A stretch of 64,000 bases of DNA from Candidatus Latescibacterota bacterium (GCA_038279365.1 JAYODI010000010.1:34762-98761); one strand, 5' to 3'. Counted from the stretch's first letter, positions 18,190-27,186 are shown. The notes: generated by a model from the letters alone, not told the origin. Numbers and translations are program-made.

Positions 18190-19068
18190 ATGCGGAGATT
18201 GGCATTGTTGGTTTGGATCAGCTTGTGGGGCGGAGACTTATATGCAGGTGATTTGTCGTGGTATTTGTGGAAAGATGTAGAAGACATTAATTTTGGTGGC
18301 TTTGTAACCGATATGTATGCCATGAAAATCATCGCATCAAGCGATGGAAAAGATCGCCGAATTGTATATGGTGACAAACAAGGTCAAGTGCATGTGGTGC
18401 GTTTTAACAATGGCCGTTTTCAAGATGAATGGACGAGTCCTACATTGCGTTCGGCGATTGCCGAAATTTTTATTGGCGATGTAAATGCCGATAATGAAAT
18501 TGATATTGTAGCCTATACCGAATTGGGGGATATTGTTTTTTATCGAGCAAGTGATTACAAACTCATTTGGCGCAGTACGCAAGATGATTTTGCATCAATT
18601 TCTGCTATGACGCTTGAAAATATTGATGATGACCCGCAATTGGAACTGGTGTTTTGTGCAGAAGAAAAAGCCGATATTGCTGGCTACCGCCCCCTAAGCA
18701 ATCAGAAGAATCCCGAAGAAGAACGCGCGGCAATTTTGGGACGGTTGATGGTTTTTGATTGCAAAAGTTTGTTTGTCGAGTGGCGCAGCGAGCAGGGATT
18801 GTGGGCTCAAAATATGGTTGTTGGTGATTTGGATGATGATGGGGTATTGGAAATTGCTCTGAATACAGGTTTTGTTGTTGATGCAACCTACCAACGTGTC
18901 GAATGGGAATATCCTGGCGGTTTTGGAGATAAGATTGGTTATGCCGATGTTGATGGTGATGGCATTCCCGAGCTGATTGGAGAATTTAGAAGCACAACAC
19001 GGCCCCGCCGGTTTATTCGTATATTTGATGTTGATCTGCAATCTGAGAGTTTTTTGTCTGGAAGATAA
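18190..19068 (+). CDS. Secreted FG-GAP/VCBS-repeat beta-propeller-like protein
   Basis: Signal peptide, then repeats GDVNADNEIDIV, NIDDDPQLELV, GDLDDDGVLEI and ADVDGDGIPELI. Confidence 0.7.
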   Translation: MRRLALLVWISLWGGDLYAGDLSWYLWKDVEDINFGGFVTDMYAMKIIASSDGKDRRIVYGDKQGQVHVVRFNNGRFQDEWTSPTLRSAIAEIFIGDVNADNEIDIVAYTELGDIVFYRASDYKLIWRSTQDDFASISAMTLENIDDDPQLELVFCAEEKADIAGYRPLSNQKNPEEERAAILGRLMVFDCKSLFVEWRSEQGLWAQNMVVGDLDDDGVLEIALNTGFVVDATYQRVEWEYPGGFGDKIGYADVDGDGIPELIGEFRSTTRPRRFIRIFDVDLQSESFLSGR

Positions 19069-19287
19069 GAGGTCTGTATTTTGGTGTTTTACATAGTTGC
19101 GCTTTTAATAAGTTTTGGTTATGATTGTTTGTAGAACTTGCGGTTATTTTTGTTTGGTTGATGGGGCAAATTATGCGGTGGGTACATAATTTGACTTTTT
19201 CATGGTGCTGACTTAGAGTTAAAAATATTAAGTGATTTTTGGGTCAGTATTTCCCGGCTTCTCTCCCCCAATTATAGGAGGCTGGTA

Positions 19288-19587
19288 GTGATTATATGGA
19301 CACTTGTGGCGTTGCTGATGGTTGTTGGGGTGAAGTATTATACCTCATTGGAAATGCGCAAACTTGAGCGACGTCTAGAAACGGTTAAAAGTGGTTTGCA
19401 ACAGGTTAAAGAACGGTTGCAAAACGCCCAATCCAGTCAGCAAGATGTGCAAAAAGAAGAATCCAGTTTTGAAGATCGATTGCAGGTCATGAAAGAAATT
19501 ATTCACGATTTGCAATATCGCATGACAAGCTCAGATTCGTTGTCTGAAAAAGTTATCTCCGATAGTATGCCACCCACAGGTTTTTAA
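19288..19587 (+). CDS. Hypothetical membrane-anchored coiled-coil protein (paralog A)
   Basis: N-terminal TM then KYYT...LERRL heptads. RBS AGGAGG. Confidence 0.75.
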   Translation: MIIWTLVALLMVVGVKYYTSLEMRKLERRLETVKSGLQQVKERLQNAQSSQQDVQKEESSFEDRLQVMKEIIHDLQYRMTSSDSLSEKVISDSMPPTGF

Positions 19588-19597
19588 TAAGGGGCAT

Positions 19598-19915
19598 GTG
19601 TCGCATATGTTTTGGATCTTTTTGTTGATGTTTATGGGGGTTATCGGGGCAAAGTATTATACGGCCATTGGTACCCGAAATCTTGAACGCCGATTAAATC
19701 GTGTAAAGGCGGGTTTGGAAAAAGCCCGCCAAGAGTTGCGCCAAGAACGAGAAAAACAGACGCGTGTGTCTGCTGATGAAGAATTGGCCGAAATGCGGGT
19801 CAGGTTTATGAAAGAATTGATGCAAGATTTGCAAATTCGTTTAACGGGTGGTGGGGTGTCACAAAAAGAATTTGTAAGAAAAGATGAGATTGCGGCGGCG
19901 GTGATGCGGTTTTAA
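19598..19915 (+). CDS. Hypothetical membrane-anchored coiled-coil protein (paralog B)
   Basis: TM then KYYT...LERRL...MKELMQDLQIRLT, clearly similar to paralog A. Confidence 0.75.
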   Translation: MSHMFWIFLLMFMGVIGAKYYTAIGTRNLERRLNRVKAGLEKARQELRQEREKQTRVSADEELAEMRVRFMKELMQDLQIRLTGGGVSQKEFVRKDEIAAAVMRF

Positions 19916-19938
19916 TCATCTATTTAATGCCTTTACGC

Positions 19939-19967
19939 TTGACGAGATCATCAAAAAAAGGTAGATT
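19939..19967 (+). promoter_or_regulatory. Sigma70-type promoter for tRNA-Pro
   Basis: TTGACG-17-TAGATT. Confidence 0.6.
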
Positions 19968-19992
19968 ACTCGCCTTGAAAAAAGATTGAGGT

Positions 19993-20069
19993 CGGAGCGT
20001 AGCGCAGCTCGGTAGCGCACTATCTTGGGGTGATAGGGGTCGCTGGTTCAAATCCAGTCGCTCCGACCA
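19993..20069 (+). tRNA. tRNA-Pro(GGG)
   Basis: Cloverleaf with anticodon arm CTATC-TT-GGG-GT-GATAG and CCA end. Confidence 0.95.
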
Positions 20070-20134
20070 TTAAAAACAACGGGTTACGCATTAAGTGCGC
20101 AACCCGATTTTTTTGTTCTGAAAATAATGGAAAC

Positions 20135-20164
20135 AAAAAGGCCGCTGATATCAGCGGCCTTTTT
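20135..20164. terminator. Bidirectional terminator (perfect 30-bp palindrome)
   Basis: AAAAAGGCCGCTGAT|ATCAGCGGCCTTTTT between convergent units. Confidence 0.8.
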
Positions 20165-20183
20165 GTGGTTTATGATAAGGATT

Positions 20184-20618
20184 TTAGAGACTGGCGTGAA
20201 ATTCGGTCCAGTCGTCTAAATTGTTTAAGTTGACGGCATCCAATATGCTGCCATTATCGGCAATGCCAGCACCACTTAAAATGGCTTTACGGGTATCATC
20301 TGTGTGGTTGTAACCTTGGATGGCACTGTTTAATTCTGCAACGGCCTTGCTGTCTAATTGGCCACCTTTTTGAGCCAATATCCATTTTTCAAATTCTGGA
20401 TAAGAAGGAATGTTTTCGGTCAAATATTGCAAGGTGGCATCGCGATCTAACCCCAGGGCGGTGAGCACCATTTGATCGTATCCTTGCCCGCATTGGTCAT
20501 ACCCATCTGCCAATTTGCCTTTGGCACCCAAAATGGCTTTGCACCACAAGCGAGGTAAGTGTAAAACACCCAATGGGCCAGCAACACCCGAACTGATGAG
20601 GGGAACTATTCCTGCCAT
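20184..20618 (-). CDS. DUF5069-like protein
   Basis: GPLGVLHLPRLW.K, G.G.DQMVL..LGLD and NNLDDW motifs. Strong RBS AAGGGAGG. Confidence 0.7.
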   Translation of the reverse strand: MAGIVPLISSGVAGPLGVLHLPRLWCKAILGAKGKLADGYDQCGQGYDQMVLTALGLDRDATLQYLTENIPSYPEFEKWILAQKGGQLDSKAVAELNSAIQGYNHTDDTRKAILSGAGIADNGSILDAVNLNNLDDWTEFHASL

Positions 20619-20651
20619 AAAAAAACCTCCCTTAAGGTTGAGTTTGTTGCT

Positions 20652-21170
20652 TTATTTGTCTAAGGCACCTTTTTGATCCCGGAGTCTTTTCCAACGATCT
20701 ACAATGCCATTTTTATATGTGACTGTTAACTGTGCACCAATAAATTCAAACGCCATGCCATTGTCGTGATTCAAGATCACGCGTGCATCTTCCGATTTGA
20801 TTTGCCCAGAAATTTTGGCACCCGATGTTTGATAACTTTCGTCAATGGGAGACCCCAACATCCCTCCAACGATTAAATTGGGTTGAACAACAAAAGTATT
20901 TGAAGCAAGTTGATAAACGCCCTCTAAAACTTGGGTGTTTTTGGCATCTGTTGACAGGGTGATTATGACATTTGCTTGGTCTTTTTGTGTTGGAAACCAT
21001 TCCAAAACCCCGCTGATGTCAGGTGCCATTGTTTCGTGGCCTTGGGCATCTTTGCGCGATTCTAAAACCCAACTTCCTCGATATTCTGCTTGATATTTTG
21101 TTGCATCTGCGCAATGCAATAACACCATGCCGAGTAATAAGATCAATCCACGTGTTCTGTTGGCAAACAT
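20652..21170 (-). CDS. Hypothetical exported/lipoprotein (lipocalin-like beta protein)
   Basis: Signal-like N-terminus ending LLHC, GSWVL and C-terminal WKR. RBS AGGAG. Confidence 0.6.
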   Translation of the reverse strand: MFANRTRGLILLLGMVLLHCADATKYQAEYRGSWVLESRKDAQGHETMAPDISGVLEWFPTQKDQANVIITLSTDAKNTQVLEGVYQLASNTFVVQPNLIVGGMLGSPIDESYQTSGAKISGQIKSEDARVILNHDNGMAFEFIGAQLTVTYKNGIVDRWKRLRDQKGALDK

Positions 21171-21267
21171 AATTCATCTCCTAAAGGTCTGTTGTCTATT
21201 TTATGCGCAGACAATTAGGCACGCAAGACAAGACTTGTCAAGTACTAATCGTGGGTTCATTTAAGAT

Positions 21268-22101
21268 TTAAGGCTTCAGTGCATTTTGAATGGCTGTTCT
21301 TAGAGCGGCGATCTGAAAGGGTTTTTCAAGAATACTTGATGGTTTTAGTGCCGCCAAAGATTTTTGAAATTCTGGTTTGTTGAGGAAGGCAGAAATAATA
21401 ATGGTTGGAATGTGTTCCGGGAGGTGTTCAAGCAGGGTAATGCCATTCACTTTTGGCATGTTGAGGTCTGTAATGATGAGGTCGTATTGCTCTTTTTGTT
21501 TTAAAATTTGGCTCAATGCTTCAAATCCGTCTGGTGCTTCTAATACGTCGTATTCTTTGCTTAAGGCTTGTAAGAGCAAACCCCGCAGTTCATCATTGTC
21601 ATCCACCACCAATATGCGAGGGCGTGCATTGGGTGTTGGGTTGGGCGACGAATCTTTGGGTGTTTTGTCTTTTTGCTGTTGGGGACCGGGTGTGTTACCT
21701 TGAGGGGCATCTGTTTCAGGTTCTGCATTTTCGTTTTGGGCTTGTTGTTTGTCTGGTGGGGGCTGGGGTGACCCGCCAGTTGGTTTTGCAGGAGGGGGCG
21801 TGGCAACCGTGCCCATCAGTTGTTGCAATTGATCTTCGGTAATTGGGCGTCCACCCGCTTTGACGACTTCGAGTGTGGCCAAATCTTTGTCATTTTCTAA
21901 GTGTTTGATTTCCTGTTCTAATGTTTTGTGTTCTTTTTCTAAGGCACGCAAAGAAGATTCGGTGGATTGTAACCGTTGCGTGATTTCAGATTCTTCCGAT
22001 TGGGTGGCCCGAATTTTGGCTTCTAAGGCATGAAGGCTGTGTGTTGTGTAGCCCTTCACGACAACGACCAATATCAGTGCAGTAAAAACTATTACTTCCA
22101 T
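21268..22101 (-). CDS. Membrane-anchored coiled coil + Pro-rich linker + response-regulator receiver
   Basis: TM-KGYT-heptads, P/Q/T-rich linker, then receiver ILVVDD...DLIITDLNMPKVNG...EKPF. Confidence 0.85.
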   Translation of the reverse strand: MEVIVFTALILVVVVKGYTTHSLHALEAKIRATQSEESEITQRLQSTESSLRALEKEHKTLEQEIKHLENDKDLATLEVVKAGGRPITEDQLQQLMGTVATPPPAKPTGGSPQPPPDKQQAQNENAEPETDAPQGNTPGPQQQKDKTPKDSSPNPTPNARPRILVVDDNDELRGLLLQALSKEYDVLEAPDGFEALSQILKQKEQYDLIITDLNMPKVNGITLLEHLPEHIPTIIISAFLNKPEFQKSLAALKPSSILEKPFQIAALRTAIQNALKP

Positions 22102-22107
22102 GAAGAT

Positions 22108-22461
22108 TTAAGCTTTTCGTTTTTGAACTGCGGCCATACCACGTCGAATAGCCGCGTCGCGTTCAGTTGCCGTTTGACCATCGCTCTTGGGTTTGTTGCC
22201 AAGTTGCATTTTTTGTTTTTTAAGGGCTGATATCCATTGTTTGAGGTGCTCTGCTTTTTGCTTAAATTTGGGTACAGTATCCTGAAGCTGTTCGGCTCTA
22301 AACCGATAGTCATCCAGGCGTTGCGTCTTGTGGTCAATGGCACGTTCAATATCACTCAATTGGGTATTGAGTGAAGATGCATTGCTTGTATAACCCAAAA
22401 GGGTAAGGGCAATAAAAATGATGCAACCTAAAATAACCAGACCCGCAATAATAATCCACAT
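22108..22461 (-). CDS. Hypothetical membrane-anchored coiled-coil protein
   Basis: TM ending LLGYT followed by heptads. Stop lies 6 bp before the receiver fusion gene. Confidence 0.7.
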   Translation of the reverse strand: MWIIIAGLVILGCIIFIALTLLGYTSNASSLNTQLSDIERAIDHKTQRLDDYRFRAEQLQDTVPKFKQKAEHLKQWISALKKQKMQLGNKPKSDGQTATERDAAIRRGMAAVQKRKA

Positions 22462-22668
22462 AGGTTGTTTCCCTAAATAGTGCATCTGTGTTTAGGTGAT
22501 TTGCCTGAAAAAACAATGCTTAAATGGATGCTGTTGAAGAATTTACGGTGTATTGGTGGGCGGTGTCAAGCGAATAAACGAGTTGGATACGGCTTGTCAC
22601 AATGCCAGTGAACGTGTATACTTAGGCCAAATTTTGATGATCAACCTGTTTGATGATAAGGATATTAG

Positions 22669-23610
22669 ATGGAAGAAGACCGTAAAAGACGCAGTCTGCG
22701 AGGGTATTTGGGAATCACATTGCGTGGTATTTGTATGGGGACTGCTGATGTGGTGCCTGGTGTATCAGGCGGTACCATGGCACTCATTTTGGGCATTTAT
22801 GAAGAACTGATTCAATCGATTCGCTCATTTGATACCCATGCACTGCGCTTGTTGGTCAAGCGAGATTGGCAAGGGGTGTTGTCCTATGTCAGATGGCCGT
22901 TTTTGGTTGCGCTTTTGTTTGGGATATTGGGGGCGATTGCTTCGTTATCAAAAGTAATTTCATGGTTGTTAAATCATGAGCCTGTTTTGTTGTGGTCTTT
23001 TTTCTTTGGGCTTGTGTTGGCCTCGGTCTACACGGTTGGCGCGCGCATTCCCCAATGGGATTTGGGTAAGGTTATCGTTTCTTTATTGGCTGCCGTAGGT
23101 GCCTATGTTTTGGTGGGCTTGGTGCCTGTTGAAACTCCTCAAACACCTATTTATGTGTTCGGCAGTGCCATTTTGGCTATTTGTGCGATGATATTACCTG
23201 GTATTTCTGGTTCTTTTATTTTGGTGTTATTGGGCCAATATCACCATATTTTGCAGGCCGTGAATGATCGGGATGTGGTAACCATTGCCATTTTCGGATG
23301 TGGTGCCGCTGTGGGGTTGATGAGTTTTGCACGTGTTTTGGGGTGGATATTTAAAAAATATCACGATTTGACACTGGCCTTACTGACTGGTCTTATGGTT
23401 GGTTCTTTGCGTAAGATTTGGCCCTGGAAAGAAACCTTGGCCACGATTGAAGGCCGCCATGGTAAACTGATTCCGATAGAACAAGTCAATGTGTTGCCAC
23501 CGATGATGACTGGCGAAGTGTGGGGCGCCATTTTTTTGGTGGCTTTTGGCATTGTTTTGGTTTTGGTTTTGGAACGGTTGGCGGCATCTGATGCCATTGG
23601 GCAGGAATAG
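22669..23610 (+). CDS. DUF368 membrane protein (undecaprenyl-phosphate translocase family)
   Basis: MGTADVVPGVSGGTMA and AMILPGISGSF tandem motifs. Confidence 0.9.
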   Translation: MEEDRKRRSLRGYLGITLRGICMGTADVVPGVSGGTMALILGIYEELIQSIRSFDTHALRLLVKRDWQGVLSYVRWPFLVALLFGILGAIASLSKVISWLLNHEPVLLWSFFFGLVLASVYTVGARIPQWDLGKVIVSLLAAVGAYVLVGLVPVETPQTPIYVFGSAILAICAMILPGISGSFILVLLGQYHHILQAVNDRDVVTIAIFGCGAAVGLMSFARVLGWIFKKYHDLTLALLTGLMVGSLRKIWPWKETLATIEGRHGKLIPIEQVNVLPPMMTGEVWGAIFLVAFGIVLVLVLERLAASDAIGQE

Positions 23611-23707
23611 ATGGTGGTTAGGGTTTTTGCTTGACATGCTCAGTCGGTGCAATACATTGTAATATCTGTTTGAGATCTTTAAGAATCATTCAACATTAGA
23701 GGTGCAT

Positions 23708-24601
23708 ATGGCAAATTCTGATTTCACAATTGGCGTGGTGGGTGTGGGACGAATGGGCGCAAATATTGCCCGTCATTTAAAAGACGATGGTTTTGCCGTG
23801 ACGTCCGTCTATGACGTACACCACAGTTTGGCCACCGACTTGGCAAAAGAGTTGGGGTGTGCTGCATCTGATACTTTGGCGGGCGTGACGGCGGCGACCA
23901 ATTATATCATTACAGTTGTAACCGATGATGCGGCCATGCGCAGTATTTTTGCAGAATCTGGTGATAGCTTGCTGCAAGGTGCTCAAGGACGTGTGTTTAT
24001 CAACTGCGCAACCATTACGCCTCAAATTCATGTCGATGTAGAAGCATTGGCAGAAAAAGCAGGTGCCCAGAGTTTGGAAGGGTGCATGGCCAGCAGCATT
24101 ACCCAAGCCCGTGAAGGCACGTTGTATTTGATGTGTGGTGGCAAAAAAGCAGTGTTTGACAAAACGTTGCCCATTTTAGAATCGATGAGCACCGATTTGA
24201 AGTATATTGGTGAGGCAGGTAGCGCAGCACAAGTAAAGGCTTTGGTGAATATGGTGATGAATATCAATACGGCAGGTTTGGCCGAAGGGTTGGGTTTGGG
24301 GGCGGCTCTTGGGTTGGATTTGAATGTGTTAATGACCGTGTTCTCTCAAACAGGTGCCAACTCTCGGGTGCTTGAAACAGATGGGGCAGATATGGTGGCC
24401 AGAGACCATGAATGTTATTTTTCTGCCGATCATGCCGCCAAAGATTCGGGCATTGCGCTTGGTTTGGCCACAGACGCCAAGTTGGATTTGCCTTTGGCCA
24501 AAGCCGCCAAAGAACAATTTGAACGCTTAAAAGCGGCGGGCAAAGGCCACTTGGACAAATCTGGTGTTGCAGAGCTCACGTTTCCTGGACGTAATGACTA
24601 A
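23708..24601 (+). CDS. NAD(P)-dependent oxidoreductase, 3-hydroxyisobutyrate/6PGDH family
   Basis: GVGRMG Rossmann motif, KALVN and AAKD motifs. Confidence 0.85.
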   Translation: MANSDFTIGVVGVGRMGANIARHLKDDGFAVTSVYDVHHSLATDLAKELGCAASDTLAGVTAATNYIITVVTDDAAMRSIFAESGDSLLQGAQGRVFINCATITPQIHVDVEALAEKAGAQSLEGCMASSITQAREGTLYLMCGGKKAVFDKTLPILESMSTDLKYIGEAGSAAQVKALVNMVMNINTAGLAEGLGLGAALGLDLNVLMTVFSQTGANSRVLETDGADMVARDHECYFSADHAAKDSGIALGLATDAKLDLPLAKAAKEQFERLKAAGKGHLDKSGVAELTFPGRND

Positions 24602-24635
24602 ATAAAGTTCTTTCTGTGTTTTTGAGGGCTTCCTC

Positions 24636-25004
24636 ATGTTTGAAAAAATGTTGAGAAAAATATGGAACCGTCGCAGTCCGTCGGTGCGTGTGCCAATGCG
24701 CATTACGGTAAAGACCCAAGATCCAGATGGCAATTTTCACGAAGTGGTTTCAGAAGACATCAGTGACAGTGGTGTTCGGCTTCGGTTTGAAAAAGTGGGG
24801 TTGGCCATGGTGCTGGGGCACCGCGAAGAAGTGCCTCTTGAGCTGTGCATTGAAGATGAAGAGACACCCATTCACGCACTTGCCCAGTTGGTATGGGCCT
24901 ATAACACCGCACAAGGTGGGTCCATTAGTGGATGGCGGTTTGTGGATTTAGAAGGTGGCTCAGAACGACGGTTGCAGAATTTCTTATCAACGCGTGCCAG
25001 TTAG
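24636..25004 (+). CDS. Stand-alone PilZ-domain protein (c-di-GMP receptor candidate)
   Basis: R-rich switch RRSPSVR, DISDSG (DxSxxG) and G.RF beta-barrel end. Confidence 0.75.
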   Translation: MFEKMLRKIWNRRSPSVRVPMRITVKTQDPDGNFHEVVSEDISDSGVRLRFEKVGLAMVLGHREEVPLELCIEDEETPIHALAQLVWAYNTAQGGSISGWRFVDLEGGSERRLQNFLSTRAS

Positions 25005-25089
25005 TGTGTGGTTTGGTGCCGAATTGCTGGTTGCTCATATACGACCGAATTGGTATATTCCACAGTCTGGACCACAAATTAGATTTTAA

Positions 25090-25166
25090 CGGGGCGTGGC
25101 TCAGCCCGGTAGAGCGCCTGCTTCGGGAGCAGGAGGCCGGAGGTTCAAATCCTCTCGCCCCGACCA
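25090..25166 (+). tRNA. tRNA-Pro(CGG)
   Basis: Cloverleaf with anticodon arm CCTGC-TT-CGG-GA-GCAGG and CCA end. Promoter TTGCTC-17-TATATT upstream. Confidence 0.95.
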
Positions 25167-25173
25167 TATAAAT

Positions 25174-25216
25174 AAAAGCGACACCACATTTGAGAATTTG
25201 TTGGGTCGCTTTTTTT
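25174..25216 (+). terminator. Intrinsic terminator after tRNA-Pro
   Basis: AAAAGCGAC...GTCGCTTTTTTT. Confidence 0.65.
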
Positions 25217-25271
25217 ATGTACATTGGATTTTAGCATTTTGGGGTTTGGATATTTTGATTGGAGCATTTGT

Positions 25272-25445
25272 ATGGCAACGCCATTTCGTAAGTTAGTTGA
25301 TCAACTGGCAACGGATATGACGTATTTGAACGAGTTGTTAATTCGCAGAGATCGGTATGGGCAGGAGGGGTTGGATGCGCAAATTGATTTGCTAAAACAG
25401 GCCATTGACGTTAAAAAAGCGTTGGCTGAAGGTTTAAGCAATTAG
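25272..25445 (+). CDS. 57-aa hypothetical helical protein (paralog 1)
   Basis: GGAG RBS then ATG 25272. Homologous to the 25530-25709 ORF. Confidence 0.75.
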   Translation: MATPFRKLVDQLATDMTYLNELLIRRDRYGQEGLDAQIDLLKQAIDVKKALAEGLSN

Positions 25446-25461
25446 GTTGTGGGAGATGTTA

Positions 25462-25497
25462 AAAATGGGTTATGTCTTATGTGACATAACCCATTTT
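25462..25497. terminator. Bidirectional hairpin between convergent small genes
   Basis: AAAATGGGTTATGTC/GACATAACCCATTTT, 15-bp perfect stem. Confidence 0.75.
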
Positions 25498-25529
25498 ATG
25501 TGTTCTTTTGAAAGAATAAAAAAGTAAGT

Positions 25530-25709
25530 CTACTCTGTAGAGGGTGTGTCTGGAAGCCCTTCTAAAAGCGCTTGTTTTAGGGATATGGCTTGATCCAACT
25601 GGTCAATTTGTGCTTTGGCCGATGCATCACCTTGGGCTTGTTGCAGTTTGAGACGCAATAACTTATGTGTGTCTGTAACAATTTGTTGAAATAAACGCGT
25701 GTGTGTCAT
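25530..25709 (-). CDS. 59-aa hypothetical helical protein (paralog 2); not in ORF track
   Basis: Hand translation MTHTRLFQQIVTDTHKLLRLKLQQAQGDASAKAQIDQLDQAISLKQALLEGLPDTPSTE shares AQID.L.QAI..K.AL.EGL with paralog 1. Confidence 0.75.
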   Translation of the reverse strand: MTHTRLFQQIVTDTHKLLRLKLQQAQGDASAKAQIDQLDQAISLKQALLEGLPDTPSTE

Positions 25710-25733
25710 GGGATCACGATCTTTAAAAAGAGT

Positions 25734-26540
25734 TTAAACGCTCAGGCGAATATCGGCATAATCACGGTCGCTGGTAATGGGAACTGGGGTGCCATTTAAA
25801 AAAGCCCATTTGCCCACATCACACGCGCTTGCACGCACAAAACCATTGATATAAGATCTTCGGGGGTGGTCCGTTTGGTTGGGTAGCGAGCCGTGTACGG
25901 TATAAGACGTAAAGAGAATCACATCGCCGGCTTTAGCCAAACAGGGCACAGCTTTTGAGACATCGACGTGATCTTCTATTTGACCAGCAGCATATCGCTT
26001 TACTTTGAGGTTGCCCAATGTATGGCTTTTGGGCACAATCCACAAGCAACCATTTTCTTCTGTGGCATCATCTACGGCAATAATGGTTTGTACGTAATTG
26101 TTAACCTGATCACGAAAAGCTGGTGTGGGACGAATGTCTTGGTGCCACGGAAAGTCGATGTTGCCACCAGGCATTTTGAAATTGATTTGGTTGATGTATT
26201 GTTTGAGAGATGTGCCCAAAAGGGGTTCAAGCAGTTGAACAAATTTGGGGCTGTTGCGTATGCGTTCAAATGTGGGGTGAATGAGAGCTGGCCATTGCAC
26301 TTTGCGGAGATATTGTGCTTTGGATGATCCTGTTACCTGAGATGGAGACTGAATATGAATATGTACGCCACCTGCAACCCCTTTGAGATATTCTGGGGAA
26401 AGATCGTCTTGGATGGCCAAAGAAACAATGGCGTCAAAAGCATTGTGTAAATCGGCAATCTCGGAAGCTCCAAATACTTGTGGAACAATCAAATAGCCCA
26501 TAGAATGGAAGTGATTGATTTCTTTTTTTGTAAGTGTCAT
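25734..26540 (-). CDS. Phytanoyl-CoA dioxygenase (PhyH)-family Fe(II)/2OG oxygenase
   Basis: PWHQD, DDATEENGCL..VPKSH and HGS.PN...RR motifs. Confidence 0.9.
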   Translation of the reverse strand: MTLTKKEINHFHSMGYLIVPQVFGASEIADLHNAFDAIVSLAIQDDLSPEYLKGVAGGVHIHIQSPSQVTGSSKAQYLRKVQWPALIHPTFERIRNSPKFVQLLEPLLGTSLKQYINQINFKMPGGNIDFPWHQDIRPTPAFRDQVNNYVQTIIAVDDATEENGCLWIVPKSHTLGNLKVKRYAAGQIEDHVDVSKAVPCLAKAGDVILFTSYTVHGSLPNQTDHPRRSYINGFVRASACDVGKWAFLNGTPVPITSDRDYADIRLSV

Positions 26541-26640
26541 TTTATTTTTCCGCACAGTATAGAAAGAGAACTTGTTTGTGTATGAGTATGAGAGAAAGCA
26601 CGGATTTCGTCAATAACAAAACGTAAGGGTTTTGAGTGTT

Positions 26641-26664
26641 ATATGTGAGCAATTATTCAATTAA
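26641..26664. repeat. Dispersed intergenic motif, copy 2 (24-bp core)
   Basis: ATATGTGAGCAATTATTCAATTAA, one mismatch to each of the other two copies. Confidence 0.8.
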
Positions 26665-26748
26665 AAGGCATCTGGACAGATAACCAAATTTGTTTATTTT
26701 AAACACTTCATACATCAAAATTTTAATCAGCAATACAAGGAGCAACTT

Positions 26749-27186
26749 ATGGCCATTCAACAATTGGATTCCAAAGCGACAAAAGAAGCCATGGACAATA
26801 CCGAAAATGCAATTTATGTAGATGTGCGCACGGAAAGTGAATTTGCACAAGGACATCCTGCTGGTGCCATTAACATTCCGGTGGCACAACCAGGGCCTGC
26901 TGGCATGGCACCCAATCCCGATTTTTTGAAAGTGGCCAGTAAAATTTTGACTGACAAAAACCAGCCTATTTTTTGTGGTTGTCAAATGGGGGGGCGTTCA
27001 CAAATGGCGGCCAACTTGTTGGCCCAAAGTGGATATACCAATTTGACCAATGTACAAGGTGGTTTTGGTGGCAAAGTCGAAAATGGTGTGATGATCCCTG
27101 GGTGGCGCGATTCTGGGTTGCCTGTGGAAACCACGGTTAATGATGACAATTCTTATGTTAGCTTAAAAGCCAAAGCAAATTCGTAG
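26749..27186 (+). CDS. Single-domain rhodanese
   Basis: DVRT.SEF..GHP.GAINIP, CQMGGRS active loop and GGF motif. Confidence 0.9.
   Translation: MAIQQLDSKATKEAMDNTENAIYVDVRTESEFAQGHPAGAINIPVAQPGPAGMAPNPDFLKVASKILTDKNQPIFCGCQMGGRSQMAANLLAQSGYTNLTNVQGGFGGKVENGVMIPGWRDSGLPVETTVNDDNSYVSLKAKANS

Noticed and set aside
19993-25166. Genomic island bounded by two tRNA-Pro genes
   Set aside because: They are two complete, different isoacceptors, each with its own promoter. There is no identical att duplication and no integrase.
24925-25296. Track ORFs overlapping tRNA-Pro (also 20030-20233)
   Set aside because: Translations of tRNA sequence, not proteins.
25530-25580. IS-end-like sequence AGGGTGTGTCTGGAAG
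   Set aside because: Explained as the 3' end of the 59-aa minus-strand paralog. No partner inverted repeat was found.
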